Positions 41,920-53,583 of a stretch of 64,000 bases of DNA are shown piece after piece. The number at the start of each line of letters is the position of its first letter. The stretch's first letter is position 1. The notes below the pieces were generated by a model, which was given only the letters and a program-made list of their open reading frames with translations, did no database searches and was not told the origin of the DNA. This DNA is from Desulfobaccales bacterium (lineage in GTDB: Bacteria; Desulfobacterota; Desulfobaccia; Desulfobaccales; 0-14-0-80-60-11), in the NCBI GenBank assembly GCA_052147455.1, contig JBKQKO010000017.1, positions 769 to 64,768 on the forward strand, in the 5' to 3' direction. Position numbers and translations under genes: made by a program.

Positions 41920-43317
41920 ATGGAGGATGAGAAGATGGATGACAAAGAAAAAGCAGTCCCACCGCCTCCCAGCCAGATGGGCTGGAAAGAGCTGTACTTA
42001 AAAGAAGACTGGTGGGCGATTTATCTGGGGATCGGCCTCATGTTGCTCACCCTCATCGCCTTCTTAATGGGCAGCAACGCCATCAAATTACTGGTCATCA
42101 ACCCCGGTGGCGTCAAGTGGACAACCTTTGGCCAACTGCTGGGGCATTTTCAACAAAACTTCCACCTGTATCTGCTCCAGCTCCTGTTCTGGCTGGTGAT
42201 CTTCAGTGTCAGCACCAAGATCATGGGCATCAAACAGTCGCAGTTCATTCCAAGCTTCATAATCTTATATATCCTGTCGTTAATCATGTTCTCCATAGCC
42301 GGCTGGGCTAATGCGGCCAGGTTTAACCTCGAACCTCCCTTGGTCGCCCTGATTATCGGACTCATACTGGCCAATGTCATTCCTCTGCCTAAATTTCTGG
42401 ACTCAGCCTTCAGGGTGGAATACTACATTAAGACCGGCATTGTGCTGCTCGGCGCCACCTTCCCCATCGCCCTGATCGTATCCGCGGGCCCCATAGCCCT
42501 GTTGCAGGCCACCATCATCTCGGTTATCACCTGTGTGGTCATCTATTTCGTCGCCACCAAATACTTTGGGCTGGATAAGAGATTGGCTTCGGTCATCGGT
42601 GTCGGCGGCGCCGTCTGCGGGGTGTCGGCCTCCATGGCCATCGCCGCCTCGGTAAAGGCCAAAAAAGAATACCTCTACACCTCGGTCACCCTGGTGGTCG
42701 TCTGGGCCCTGGTGATGATCATCTTCCTGCCGTTCGTCTCCAAGCTCCTGAGCCTGGCTCCCGGTGTCGCCGGGGCCTGGATCGGCACCTCGGAATTTGC
42801 CGACGCCGCCGGTTTCGCCGCGGCCAGCGCCTACGGTAAGATGGCCGGCAATGAAAATGCCGCCATGCAGGGTTTTACCCTCATGAAGGTCATCGGCCGG
42901 GATATGTGGATCGGCATCTGGTCCTTCTTCTTTGCCATGATCGCCTGCTTGAAATGGGAAAAGGAAGAATGTGGCGTCCGGCCCAGTGCCATGGAGATCT
43001 GGTGGCGTTTTCCCAAATTCGTCATCGGGTTTTTCCTGGCTACCTTACTGATGAGCAGCATCACCGCGGGCTACTCCACTGCGGTTTTCAACAGCACGGT
43101 CAAACCCAACCTGATTGCGCCACTGGTCTCTCTACGTAGCTGGGTCTTTATTTTCTGCTTCTTGAGCATCGGCCTGACTACCCGCTTCAAAGAGCTCAAG
43201 GCCGCCGGCTGGAAACCTTTCTGCGCCTTCACTTCCGGGGTGGTGGTCAACGTCATCCTCGGTTTTATCCTGTCGGTCTTTGTGTTTGGCTCATACTGGT
43301 CGGCGTTGGGTAAGTAG
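41920..43317 (+). CDS. YeiH/putative sulfate exporter family membrane protein
   Basis: EDWWA, IKTGIVLLGA, AVCGVSA, AGAWIGTSE, PKFVIGF, LSIGLTT; more than 10 TM helices. Confidence 0.88.
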   Translation: MEDEKMDDKEKAVPPPPSQMGWKELYLKEDWWAIYLGIGLMLLTLIAFLMGSNAIKLLVINPGGVKWTTFGQLLGHFQQNFHLYLLQLLFWLVIFSVSTKIMGIKQSQFIPSFIILYILSLIMFSIAGWANAARFNLEPPLVALIIGLILANVIPLPKFLDSAFRVEYYIKTGIVLLGATFPIALIVSAGPIALLQATIISVITCVVIYFVATKYFGLDKRLASVIGVGGAVCGVSASMAIAASVKAKKEYLYTSVTLVVVWALVMIIFLPFVSKLLSLAPGVAGAWIGTSEFADAAGFAAASAYGKMAGNENAAMQGFTLMKVIGRDMWIGIWSFFFAMIACLKWEKEECGVRPSAMEIWWRFPKFVIGFFLATLLMSSITAGYSTAVFNSTVKPNLIAPLVSLRSWVFIFCFLSIGLTTRFKELKAAGWKPFCAFTSGVVVNVILGFILSVFVFGSYWSALGK

Positions 43318-43462
43318 GCTGACCCCAGGGGGGCCGGTACGTCGGCCCCCCCGGTCTTCCGGGGGCCTGGTAAGGGCATATCGTGTTGTGTCCCGAGATC
43401 TTGTGGGTGCAAAATAGCGGTAGCGCTCTGGCTCACCTTAAGGCGGGCTGGGGAGTGCAGGC

Positions 43463-43651
43463 ATGAAAAATCGCTGTCTTGACTGCCGCTTCTTTAACAA
43501 TGAGCCGGACCAGGTGGAGCAAGCCTTTCCCGGGCTCACCGCCCTGAGCTCTGCATATGCCTCGGTTCGGGCCGAGGCCGGCCTCTGCAGCCGCCACGAG
43601 ATCTTCCTCTCCCCCTGGTATCGCTGCCGGGATTTCCAGCCTCGCCTTTAG
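43463..43651 (+). CDS. small four-cysteine protein (HiPIP-like Cys pattern)
   Basis: CLDC-x33-C-x12-C; GGGGAG RBS. Confidence 0.7.
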   Translation: MKNRCLDCRFFNNEPDQVEQAFPGLTALSSAYASVRAEAGLCSRHEIFLSPWYRCRDFQPRL

Positions 43652-43687
43652 CCTCTCCGCGAGAATCTGTCTTTAGCAAAATCCAAT

Positions 43688-45589
<1,902 letters not shown>

Positions 45590-45682
45590 TTATAACTTTA
45601 AATCTAAGGATAGCTGATATTTAAATCAATGAGAGAAATTGCCTGCGGAAATCCCAGGGGAGCTTGACCCTTACAAAAAGTC

Positions 45683-45897
45683 ACCTCTGCGAAAGTCCCG
45701 CGCAACTGTCATTCTGAGGGAGCGAAGCGACCGAAGAATCTCGTAATTACGTGTAAATACGAGATCCTTCGCTTCGCTCAGGATGACAAAAAGGACTTTT
45801 TGCAGAGGTCTCAAGTCGCGGTCAATTAGACGAATCTTTTGTAGGGGCGCACCCAGGTGTGCGCCCACCTGGGGCGGACACGCGGGTCCGCCCCTAC
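45683..45897. repeat. MITE copy 2 (45683-45812) followed by a GTAG REP doublet (45841-45897)
   Basis: Matches 15531-15661; GTAGGGGCGCAC...GTGCGCCC / GGGCGGAC...GTCCGCCCCTAC. Confidence 0.8.
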
Positions 45898-46062
45898 CCA
45901 AAAAGAACCGGTGAGACAGCAACTTGGTATGAGCCGGTGGCCAAGGAAGGACCGCGGGGACGGCCGCAGACGGCCCCTCTTAGGAAAAGTGAGGTGTTCC
46001 CGGCTTTACAACGATTTTCTCCAATAGACAATTAAGATACATTTTGTCTAATATATTATTGT

Positions 46063-46770
46063 TTATGAGATAAGAATTTGCGGACTTATCTTGGTATCCC
46101 AATATTCAAATAATCGCCTTAGGAGTATTAAATCTATTCTCTCGGTTAAATAAAGCAATGCTATATTCTCAGCAATGAAAGCGACGATTTTCTTATTCCT
46201 TGTCTTAGCACTTATCGTGATTGGATTGGCAAATAATTGATTAAATCTATTTATGGGTTGGAGAAATTGAATAACGAGCCAATCGCACCAGTCATAGTCG
46301 TTTATCTCATTGATCTTGGCATGCTCTGATCCTCGAATGGCCCCATGAGGTAAGTTGTTCTTGACGCCAATATCTGGATCGAAGAAAATTAGATCACATT
46401 TTGCGAGGGAAACCATTGCTTTGGAATGCCAATCTTTACGTAGAAGTTCATAATCGCTTTGGTTTGCGTTATCCGGTAATTGTTCTATAGCCTCATATTT
46501 AAAATTATTTATCACATTATCTATCATACAATACTTCACATTTCTTTCTCCCTGCTCCACTCTGTTTTTCAATTTGTAAAAGATGTCTTGATTGTAATAT
46601 CGCCAATTTTCATTATCAAGATATCCAGTTCCTCTGCCATGTCCTTGATTACCGTGATGATCGTCTGTTAGATACCAATTTATTCCAATGGACTTATAGT
46701 TATAAGAAAGGATATCTAACAGTCCATATTTGAAATAATCTTTTTTGTCTCCATAAAATCTGTTCTTCAT
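46063..46770 (-). CDS. AT-rich hypothetical protein, possibly methyltransferase-like
   Basis: 235-aa ORF with AGGAGG RBS; YGDKKDYFKYGLL and DLIFFDPD motifs; composition foreign to the window. Confidence 0.8.
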   Translation of the reverse strand: MKNRFYGDKKDYFKYGLLDILSYNYKSIGINWYLTDDHHGNQGHGRGTGYLDNENWRYYNQDIFYKLKNRVEQGERNVKYCMIDNVINNFKYEAIEQLPDNANQSDYELLRKDWHSKAMVSLAKCDLIFFDPDIGVKNNLPHGAIRGSEHAKINEINDYDWCDWLVIQFLQPINRFNQLFANPITISAKTRNKKIVAFIAENIALLYLTERIDLILLRRLFEYWDTKISPQILIS

Positions 46771-46894
46771 TATTCCTCCTAACGATTAATTCAGCGGCGG
46801 CATCTTGCAAAAAATAATATTTTTATGCAAGACATTAGACAGTTTGCCTCTTTTTGTCCAATCATTTTTCCAACGCCTGATGGGTCAGTTACGG

Positions 46895-47707
46895 TTAGAC
46901 CCTTTTAGCCAGCACCGCGAACCAGAGGTTTTCGCTCCAGGTATCCACCACTTTGAGGGGCGAAGCCTGGAGGCGGTCGGTGAAGCGGGCCAGCTGGGTC
47001 CCCCGGAGGCCGGAGAAGATGTACCATTTCTTCTCCAGGAACTCCGGAATTTCCAGGAGGTTAAGCAGGACCTCCAGGTGGATGTTGGCCAGGACCAGGT
47101 CGGCCTGGAGGTGGGCGAAGTGGCGGGCCTCGCCCTGGATCAGCAGGACCTGCCGCGGCCCTTGCTGGTGCTTCAGGTTGCGGGCGGCGGCGCGCACCGC
47201 CAACTCGTTATACTCCACCGCCACCACCCGCTCCGCCCCCAGGGCCAGGGCCGCCAGGGCCAGGATGCCGGTGCCGGTGCCCAGGTCCAGCACCCGCCGG
47301 GGGGGCTCGGAGTCGAAAACCCGGCGCAGCAGGGTCAGGCAGCCCCGGGTGGTGGGATGGTAGCCGGAGCCGAAGGCCAGGCCCGGTTCCAGGCGGATGA
47401 CCGTCTCCCCCGGGGCCGGGGCCGGCTCCGCCCACACCGGACAGAGATGGAATCCGGCCAGGGAGGTAGGCTGCAGCGGTTTGCCCGCTTCCCACTCGTC
47501 GTAAGCCAGCACGGTCTCCGAGGAATAGCGCCCGGCGCCGCTGGCCGCCAGCCAGGCCCGCAGCCGCTCCTCCCGGGGGGCACTGAAGAAGAGGTAGGAG
47601 CAGTCCCCCTCCCGCCAGCAGCCCAGGAAGTCGGCCCCGGCCAGTTCCGGCGGCGCCTCCACCAGGCCCTCAATTTCGTAGATATATAGTTTTTCCGGCG
47701 GCGGCAT
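46895..47707 (-). CDS. prmA: ribosomal protein L11 methyltransferase-like protein
   Basis: LEPGLAFGSGYHPTT, VLDLGTGTGILA, LVLANI. Confidence 0.8.
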   Translation of the reverse strand: MPPPEKLYIYEIEGLVEAPPELAGADFLGCWREGDCSYLFFSAPREERLRAWLAASGAGRYSSETVLAYDEWEAGKPLQPTSLAGFHLCPVWAEPAPAPGETVIRLEPGLAFGSGYHPTTRGCLTLLRRVFDSEPPRRVLDLGTGTGILALAALALGAERVVAVEYNELAVRAAARNLKHQQGPRQVLLIQGEARHFAHLQADLVLANIHLEVLLNLLEIPEFLEKKWYIFSGLRGTQLARFTDRLQASPLKVVDTWSENLWFAVLAKRV

Positions 47708-47961
47708 GGTTGTTTACTTGCCTAAACTTGTCTATTTTTATCTGACCTGAACTTTTCTTTCAAAGTTTTTTAGACTTTTTATTAGCCTGTGGATCTGTAG
47801 GGGCGACTCGCTGAGTCGCCCAGGACGACCCGATCACCGGCTGGAAGCCTGTGCCACTGCCGCCCCTGAGCCTGGTTTGAGCCCCGGGCCTGGAGGTGTT
47901 GTCCTAATTTGGATAGGAAATTTCCTTTCAAAAAAAAAATAGACATCCTTCCGCTTGATTC

Positions 47962-48000
47962 TTGACATGGTTGTCATTATGGTATTGAATATGGTACCAT
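47962..48000 (+). promoter_or_regulatory. promoter/operator of the hicAB-like operon
   Basis: TTGACA overlapped by the inverted repeat TGACA-TGGT-TGTCA; palindrome ATGGTACCAT overlaps the start codon; no SD sequence (possibly leaderless). Confidence 0.6.
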
Positions 48001-48310
48001 GAATTTAAATGGGCTAAATAAACTGAAGCGCCGCCATGTCGCTTTCAGGAATGGGGCTGATATACCAAGGCGGCGTTTGGTTAATTTAGCTAAAGCTCTC
48101 GGAAGGAAGCCTTCCCCTACCGGAAAGGAACCCATGTACGTGAGTGAATTTTTCCCCATAAGGCCACTTGCCATACCCTCACATCAAATGGTGAAGGAAT
48201 ATACGGCAAAAAGTATTCTGAATCAGTTGGAGGAAGATATCTCTCACTGGGAAGAATATCTTAAGGAGGAAGCTAAGAAAAGCAAGGGGGATAAGGAGCC
48301 AAAATCATGA
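47999..48310 (+). CDS. divergent HicA-like toxin
   Basis: Basic ORF upstream of hicB with LAIPSH...YTAKSILNQL resembling the HicA C-terminal motif; canonical GSH replaced by GKE. Confidence 0.6.
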   Translation: MNLNGLNKLKRRHVAFRNGADIPRRRLVNLAKALGRKPSPTGKEPMYVSEFFPIRPLAIPSHQMVKEYTAKSILNQLEEDISHWEEYLKEEAKKSKGDKEPKS

Positions 48311-48897
48311 AGTTAACAGCCACTGAATATCTAAAAAAGCCGTATTCTCGTACCCTCATTCCAGTCGGCGATGGAACATATTTTGCTGAGATACTGGAAT
48401 TTCCAGGGTGTTTTGCAGAGGGACAAAGCCCCGATGAAGCTTATAAGAATCTTGAGGCTGTTGCTCAATCATGGATTGAAGCAGCCAAGGGCCAAGGGCA
48501 AGAAATCCCTGAGCCCTTTGCAACCCACGATTTTTCGGGCCGCATTGCTCTTCGTATGCCCAGGAGTATTCACAAGCAAGCGGCCAGGTTCGCTGAAATG
48601 GATGACACAAGCCTCAATCAGTTTTTTTTGGCTGCTATTGCTGCAAGGGTAGGCGCAGAGGATTTCGCCGAACGTCTATCTAATAGGATAGAGGCCAAAT
48701 TTGCGTCCGCTAGGCCTTCTTATACTGTCATTCTTCATAACTCACTGTGGACGACAGGCCCTGTGAATATGATGGCAGCCAAAATTCCCACCCCCGAATT
48801 ACTGGAAAAATATTTCATTACTGGCACCCATAGTGGAATGCAAATGGCAATCTCAGGAGGGCGATTTCTCGTTGATAAGGAGGCTGGAAATGGGTGA
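48307..48897 (+). CDS. hicB: HicB antitoxin (RHH type) with a long C-terminal extension
   Basis: YFAEILEFPGCFAEGQSPDEAYKNL...IPEP, then FSGRIALRMPRSIH...SLNQ; about 75 extra residues. Confidence 0.9.
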   Translation: MKLTATEYLKKPYSRTLIPVGDGTYFAEILEFPGCFAEGQSPDEAYKNLEAVAQSWIEAAKGQGQEIPEPFATHDFSGRIALRMPRSIHKQAARFAEMDDTSLNQFFLAAIAARVGAEDFAERLSNRIEAKFASARPSYTVILHNSLWTTGPVNMMAAKIPTPELLEKYFITGTHSGMQMAISGGRFLVDKEAGNG

Positions 48898-49150
48898 ACC
48901 GCAGATCATAACTTTTGAGTACGATGAAATGTTGAAGATGCTAATCAAGCACCAGAAGATTCATGAAGGCTTTTGGACTATGACTATACAAGTCGCTGTG
49001 AATGCTGGAGGTATACAAATAGGGCCTACCGAAAAGGATATGGTTCTAGGGGTAGTTATTCCATTGTTGAAGTTCGGGATTCAGAAACAGGATAAACTTG
49101 GTCCGCTTACCCTCGACGCAAAAGAAGTCAATCCGCCTTCCAAACCATAA
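48890..49150 (+). CDS. 86-aa hypothetical protein coupled to hicB
   Basis: AAGGAGG RBS; ATG 48890 lies just before the hicB stop; MGEPQIITFEYDEMLKMLIKHQKIHEGFW...LTLDAKEVNP. Confidence 0.8.
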   Translation: MGEPQIITFEYDEMLKMLIKHQKIHEGFWTMTIQVAVNAGGIQIGPTEKDMVLGVVIPLLKFGIQKQDKLGPLTLDAKEVNPPSKP

Positions 49151-49175
49151 GCGACTCCACAAATTAATAGAGAAT

Positions 49176-49210
49176 AAAAGGGCTCAGTTTTTAACTGAGC
49201 CCCTTTTTTT
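49176..49210. terminator. intrinsic terminator closing the three-gene module
   Basis: AAAAGGGCTCAGTT-TTT-AACTGAGCCCC followed by a T run. Confidence 0.85.
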
Positions 49211-49361
49211 CATACCATGATCATGAACGATGGAAGCCATGACAGCCTTCTCAGGGGAATCTATGGGCAGGGTGCCCGGATGGGCCCTTGAAATTTCCAT
49301 ATCTTTCAGGTTAATATTACTAATTACGCCCAAGGGTGGGAGCTCGCCGAGGAAGGTGGTC

Positions 49362-49859
49362 ATGGAACTTAAAGGCAGAGTGCATCGATTCGGGGCTGAC
49401 ATCAACACCGATGATATTCTTCCGGCCCGTTATCTCAGCACCTCGGACCCGCAGGAACTGGCCCGGCACGCCATGGAGGACGCCGACCCGGAGTTTGTCC
49501 GGAAGGCGCGGCCCGGGGACTTCGTCGTGGCCGGCAAGAATTTCGGCTGCGGCTCCTCCCGGGAACACGCCCCGGTGGCCCTCAAGGCGCTGGGTCTCTC
49601 GGGGGTGATCGCCGCCAGCTTCGCCCGCATCTTTTACCGCAATGCCTTCAACATGGGGTTGGCCATCTTCGAGTCCCCCGAGGCCGCCGCGGCAATCCGG
49701 GACGGGCAGGAGATCAGCGTGGACGTGGATAGCGGCATCATCACCGACCTGGGTACCGGCAAAAAATACCCCAGCCATCCCCTCCCTCCCTTCATGCAGG
49801 AACTGCTGGCGGACGGCGGGCTGATGGCTCATTTGAAAAAACATCTGGAGGAGAAGTAG
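49362..49859 (+). CDS. leuD: 3-isopropylmalate dehydratase small subunit
   Basis: DINTDDILPARYL, NFGCGSSREHAP, SFARIFYRN. Confidence 0.93.
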   Translation: MELKGRVHRFGADINTDDILPARYLSTSDPQELARHAMEDADPEFVRKARPGDFVVAGKNFGCGSSREHAPVALKALGLSGVIAASFARIFYRNAFNMGLAIFESPEAAAAIRDGQEISVDVDSGIITDLGTGKKYPSHPLPPFMQELLADGGLMAHLKKHLEEK

Positions 49860-49861
49860 TC

Positions 49862-50938
49862 ATGGGTTCTTATCGTATTGCCGTAATCCCCGGGGACGGC
49901 ACCGGTCCGGAGGTGGTGGCGGAAGGCGTCAAGGTCCTTAAGGCGGTGGCCGGTCCGGCGGGGATAAAATATGACTTCAACTATTATGACCTGGGCGGCG
50001 AGCGCTACCTGCGCACCGGCGAAACCCTGCCGGACTCCGTGATTGCGGAACTGCGCCAGTTCGACGCCATCTATTTAGGGGCCATCGGCCACCCGGGAGT
50101 GGCCCCGGGCATCCTGGAGAAAAGCATCCTGCTGCGGCTCCGCTTTGAGCTGGACCAATACATCAATCTCCGGCCGGTGATCCTCTATCCGGGGGTGGAT
50201 ACCCCCTTGAAGGACAAAGGCCCCCAGGACATCGATTTCGTGGTGGTGCGGGAGAACACCGAGGGCATGTACGTGGGCGCCGGGGGCTTTCACAAAAAGG
50301 GCAGCCCCGATGAGGTGGCGATCCAGACCTCCATCAATACCCGCAAAGGGGTGGACCGCTGCCTGAAGTTTGCCTTCGAGCTGGCCCAGAAGCGCCAGAA
50401 GGCCAGGAAGCTCACCCTGGTGGCCAAGACCAACGTCCTCACCTACGCCTCCGACCTCTGGTTCCGGGCCTTTGAGGCCATGGCGTCCCGGTATCCGGAG
50501 GTGGCCACCGACTACGCCCACGTGGACGCCACCTGCATGTGGTTCCTCAAGAACCCGGAGTGGTTCGACGTGGTAGTCACCGACAATTTGTTCGGCGACA
50601 TCATCACCGATCTGGGAGCCATGATCCAGGGGGGCATGGGGGTGGCCGCGGGCGGCAACCTCAACCCCGAGGGGGTGTCCATGTTTGAACCCATCGGCGG
50701 CTCGGCCCCCAAGTACACCGGCCTCCAGGTAGTCAACCCCATTGCCGCCATTGCCGCGGCCCAGTTGATGCTGGAACAGTTGGGGGAGGCCGGGGCCGCG
50801 GCCGCGGTGGAAAACGCCATCAAGAAGGCGGTGGTCAGGGACATGAAGAGCATGTCCGCGGGCAAAATGGGCCTCAGCACCAGCCAGGTGGGCGATCGCA
50901 TCGCCGGGTACGCCGCAGAATCAGTGAGCAGTGGTTAG
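49862..50938 (+). CDS. leuB: 3-isopropylmalate dehydrogenase
   Basis: PGDGTGPEV, NLRP, VRENTEG, NLFGDIITD, EPIGGSAP. Confidence 0.93.
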   Translation: MGSYRIAVIPGDGTGPEVVAEGVKVLKAVAGPAGIKYDFNYYDLGGERYLRTGETLPDSVIAELRQFDAIYLGAIGHPGVAPGILEKSILLRLRFELDQYINLRPVILYPGVDTPLKDKGPQDIDFVVVRENTEGMYVGAGGFHKKGSPDEVAIQTSINTRKGVDRCLKFAFELAQKRQKARKLTLVAKTNVLTYASDLWFRAFEAMASRYPEVATDYAHVDATCMWFLKNPEWFDVVVTDNLFGDIITDLGAMIQGGMGVAAGGNLNPEGVSMFEPIGGSAPKYTGLQVVNPIAAIAAAQLMLEQLGEAGAAAAVENAIKKAVVRDMKSMSAGKMGLSTSQVGDRIAGYAAESVSSG

Positions 50939-51091
50939 GGTGGGCACTGCCCACCCTAACCAGAAGCCCGTGGCCGCCGAACCTGGGCGGGCAGGCGCAG
51001 CCTGGGTCAAAGACCCTGGCCCACAACGTCAAAGAGACTGTAGAAGTTAAGCAAATGCCAACCTCGTTCAGCAAAGCTGAAAGCTGACCGC

Positions 51092-51163
51092 GTAGGGGCG
51101 ATCCGCTGGATCGCCCGGGCGACCCGATCACAGGCTGGAAGCCTGTGCCACTGTCGCCCCTAC
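51092..51163. repeat. composite REP doublet with a nested CAC(A/C)GGCTGGAAGCCTGTGCCAC unit (related copies near 23133-23177, 28299-28330, 30898-30942, 47797-47868)
   Basis: Direct sequence matches between the listed sites. Confidence 0.85.
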
Positions 51164-51188
51164 GCTATAATACCTGGAGATTTTACCA

Positions 51189-52214
51189 ATGGGTGGTACT
51201 TATAGAGTAGCAGTAGTGGGGGCCACCGGCGCCGTGGGGCGGCAGATGGTGGCCTGCCTGGAGGAGCGCCGCTTCCCGGTGGCGCGCCTCACGCCTCTGG
51301 CCTCGGAGCGCTCCCTGGGGAAGAAAGTCACCTTCATGGGCAAAGAGATTCCGGTGGAGGTGTTGAGCAAGGATTCATTTGCCGGGGTGGAGATCGCCCT
51401 GTTTTCCGCGGGGGGCAGCATCAGCAAGGAGTACGCCCCCATCGCCGCGGCGGCCGGGGCGGTGGTGGTGGATAACTCCAGCGCCTGGCGCATGGACCCG
51501 GAAATCCCCCTGGTGGTCCCGGAAGTCAATCCCCGGGACATCGGGCTCTTCTTAAACCGCGGCATCATCGCCAATCCCAACTGCTCCACCATTCAGATGG
51601 TGGTGGTGTTGAAACCCTTGCACGACGCGGCGCGCCTCCGGCGGGTGGTAGTCTCCACCTACCAGGCGGTCTCGGGCACCGGCCAGAAGGCGGTGGAGGA
51701 GCTAACGGACCAGGTGCGGGCCCTGCTGTCCTGCCAGGACCCGGTGATTAAGGTTTACCCGCATCGCATCGCCTTCAACATCCTGCCCCACATCGACGTC
51801 TTCCAGGAGAACGGTTACACCAAGGAAGAGATGAAGATGGTCAACGAGACCCAGAAAATCTTGGGGGATGAGACCATCCGGGTGACGGCCACCACGGCGC
51901 GAGTGCCGGTGTTTTATGGCCACTCCGAGGCGGTGAATGTGGAGACGGAGCGGAAACTCACTCCCTATGAGGCCCGGCAGATTCTGGCCGCGGCCCCGGG
52001 CGTGAAGGTGGTGGACGATCCCGGCAAGTTCCAGTACCCCATGCCCCTGCAGGCCGCCGGACAGGACCTCACCCTGGTGGGGCGCATCCGGGAGGACTTC
52101 AGCATCGAAAACGGCCTCAACCTTTGGGTGGTGGCGGATAATCTGCGTAAAGGCGCGGCGACCAACGCGGTGCAGATCGCCGAGATCTTGATTCGGGATT
52201 ACCTGAAGAAATAA
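51189..52214 (+). CDS. asd: aspartate-semialdehyde dehydrogenase
   Basis: GATGAVG, DNSSAWRM, ANPNCSTIQ, STYQAVSG, DNLRKGAA. Confidence 0.97.
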   Translation: MGGTYRVAVVGATGAVGRQMVACLEERRFPVARLTPLASERSLGKKVTFMGKEIPVEVLSKDSFAGVEIALFSAGGSISKEYAPIAAAAGAVVVDNSSAWRMDPEIPLVVPEVNPRDIGLFLNRGIIANPNCSTIQMVVVLKPLHDAARLRRVVVSTYQAVSGTGQKAVEELTDQVRALLSCQDPVIKVYPHRIAFNILPHIDVFQENGYTKEEMKMVNETQKILGDETIRVTATTARVPVFYGHSEAVNVETERKLTPYEARQILAAAPGVKVVDDPGKFQYPMPLQAAGQDLTLVGRIREDFSIENGLNLWVVADNLRKGAATNAVQIAEILIRDYLKK

Positions 52215-52510
52215 AGGGAGCAGTGAACAGTTTCCATTCCCGTTCCCAAGCTGAGCAGCCGATTTCATAAGCCGATGACGTATTTATTAACGGCAGGGAG
52301 CAAGTGATTAATTCCACCTCACCCGGTGTCGTCCCCCTCGAGGGGGAGAGGGGATAAAGAAGGAATTCCTGCAATACTCCCTCTCTCCCCGGCGCGGGGA
52401 GAGGGCTGGGGTGAGGGGGGGGCGACAAGAAACGTTACCGTATTTAAGAAATCATATACTGAGCTTGGGAATGAGCAGTGAACCAGGGACTACTCCAAAG
52501 GGGTAGCCGC

Positions 52511-53086
52511 ATGCGCATCATTGCCGGCGCTTTCAAGGGGCGGGTCCTGGCCCCGGTTAAGGGCCGGACCCGGCCCACCGCCGCCAAGGTCAGGGAAGCT
52601 ATTTTTGATATCCTGGGGCCCGCGGTCCTGGAAGGCGTGGTCCTGGACCTGTTCGCCGGCACCGGCGCCCTGGGAATCGAGTCTCTGAGCCGGGGCGCGG
52701 CCCAGGCGGTCTTTGTGGAGGATCAGCCGGCGGCTCTTCAGGTGCTGCGCCGCAATCTGGAGACCCTGGGCCTCCAGGACTTGAGCCTGGTGCTGCCGCT
52801 GCCGGTGGCCGCGGCCTTGAAGAAGTTGGCCGCCAAAGGGGCGCGGTTTTCCCTGGTCTTTCTGGACCCCCCTTACGGGGATGGGGCGGCGGCCACTCTG
52901 GCGGCCCTGGCCGCCTCAGGCCTGCTGAGCCCGCAGGCCCGGGTGGTGGCGGAGCACAGCCGCCGGGAGACCTTGCCGGAGACCAGCTCCGGGCTGGCCC
53001 GGCAAACCTTGCGGCGTTACGGCGATACCCAGGTGGCCATCTATCGGGCCCTGGATAACTCTGAGCCAAAGGAGCGGCCAGGCTGA
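52511..53086 (+). CDS. rsmD: 16S rRNA m2G966 methyltransferase
   Basis: MRIIAG, RPT, LDLFAGTGALGIESLSRGA, FLDPPY. Confidence 0.95.
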   Translation: MRIIAGAFKGRVLAPVKGRTRPTAAKVREAIFDILGPAVLEGVVLDLFAGTGALGIESLSRGAAQAVFVEDQPAALQVLRRNLETLGLQDLSLVLPLPVAAALKKLAAKGARFSLVFLDPPYGDGAAATLAALAASGLLSPQARVVAEHSRRETLPETSSGLARQTLRRYGDTQVAIYRALDNSEPKERPG

Positions 53087-53580
53087 TGCCTGACATCGCG
53101 GTCTACCCCGGTTCCTTCGACCCCATTACCAACGGCCACCTGGATCTGATTCAGCGGGCACTGAGGATCTTCGACCATATCATCGTGGCGGTGGCCACCA
53201 ACGCCTTCAAGCAGTCCCTGTTCACCATCGAGGAGCGCATGGAGATGATCCGGGAGTCTCTGAAGGACTATCCCCAGATCACCATCGACAGCTTCGAGGG
53301 CCTGCTGGTGAACTACGCCAGGCGCCAAAAGGCCAGGGCCGTTCTCCGGGGCCTGCGGGCGGTTACCGACTTTGAATACGAGTTTCAGTTGGCCATGATG
53401 AACCGGCGCCTGGAACCGGAGGTCGAAACGGTGTTTCTGATGACCGGGCTTCGCTGGGTTTTTCTTTCCTCCAGCATCCTGAAAGAAGCGGCGGTTCACG
53501 GCGGCAACGTCGAGGGTATGGTGCCGGAGATCGTCATCCAAAAATTGCGGGAAAAATTTATCCGGTTGCGGAAGGATTAA
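53086..53580 (+). CDS. coaD: phosphopantetheine adenylyltransferase
   Basis: YPGSFDPITNGHLD, RGLRAVTDFEYE. Confidence 0.97.
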   Translation: MPDIAVYPGSFDPITNGHLDLIQRALRIFDHIIVAVATNAFKQSLFTIEERMEMIRESLKDYPQITIDSFEGLLVNYARRQKARAVLRGLRAVTDFEYEFQLAMMNRRLEPEVETVFLMTGLRWVFLSSSILKEAAVHGGNVEGMVPEIVIQKLREKFIRLRKD

Positions 53581-53583
53581 AGG

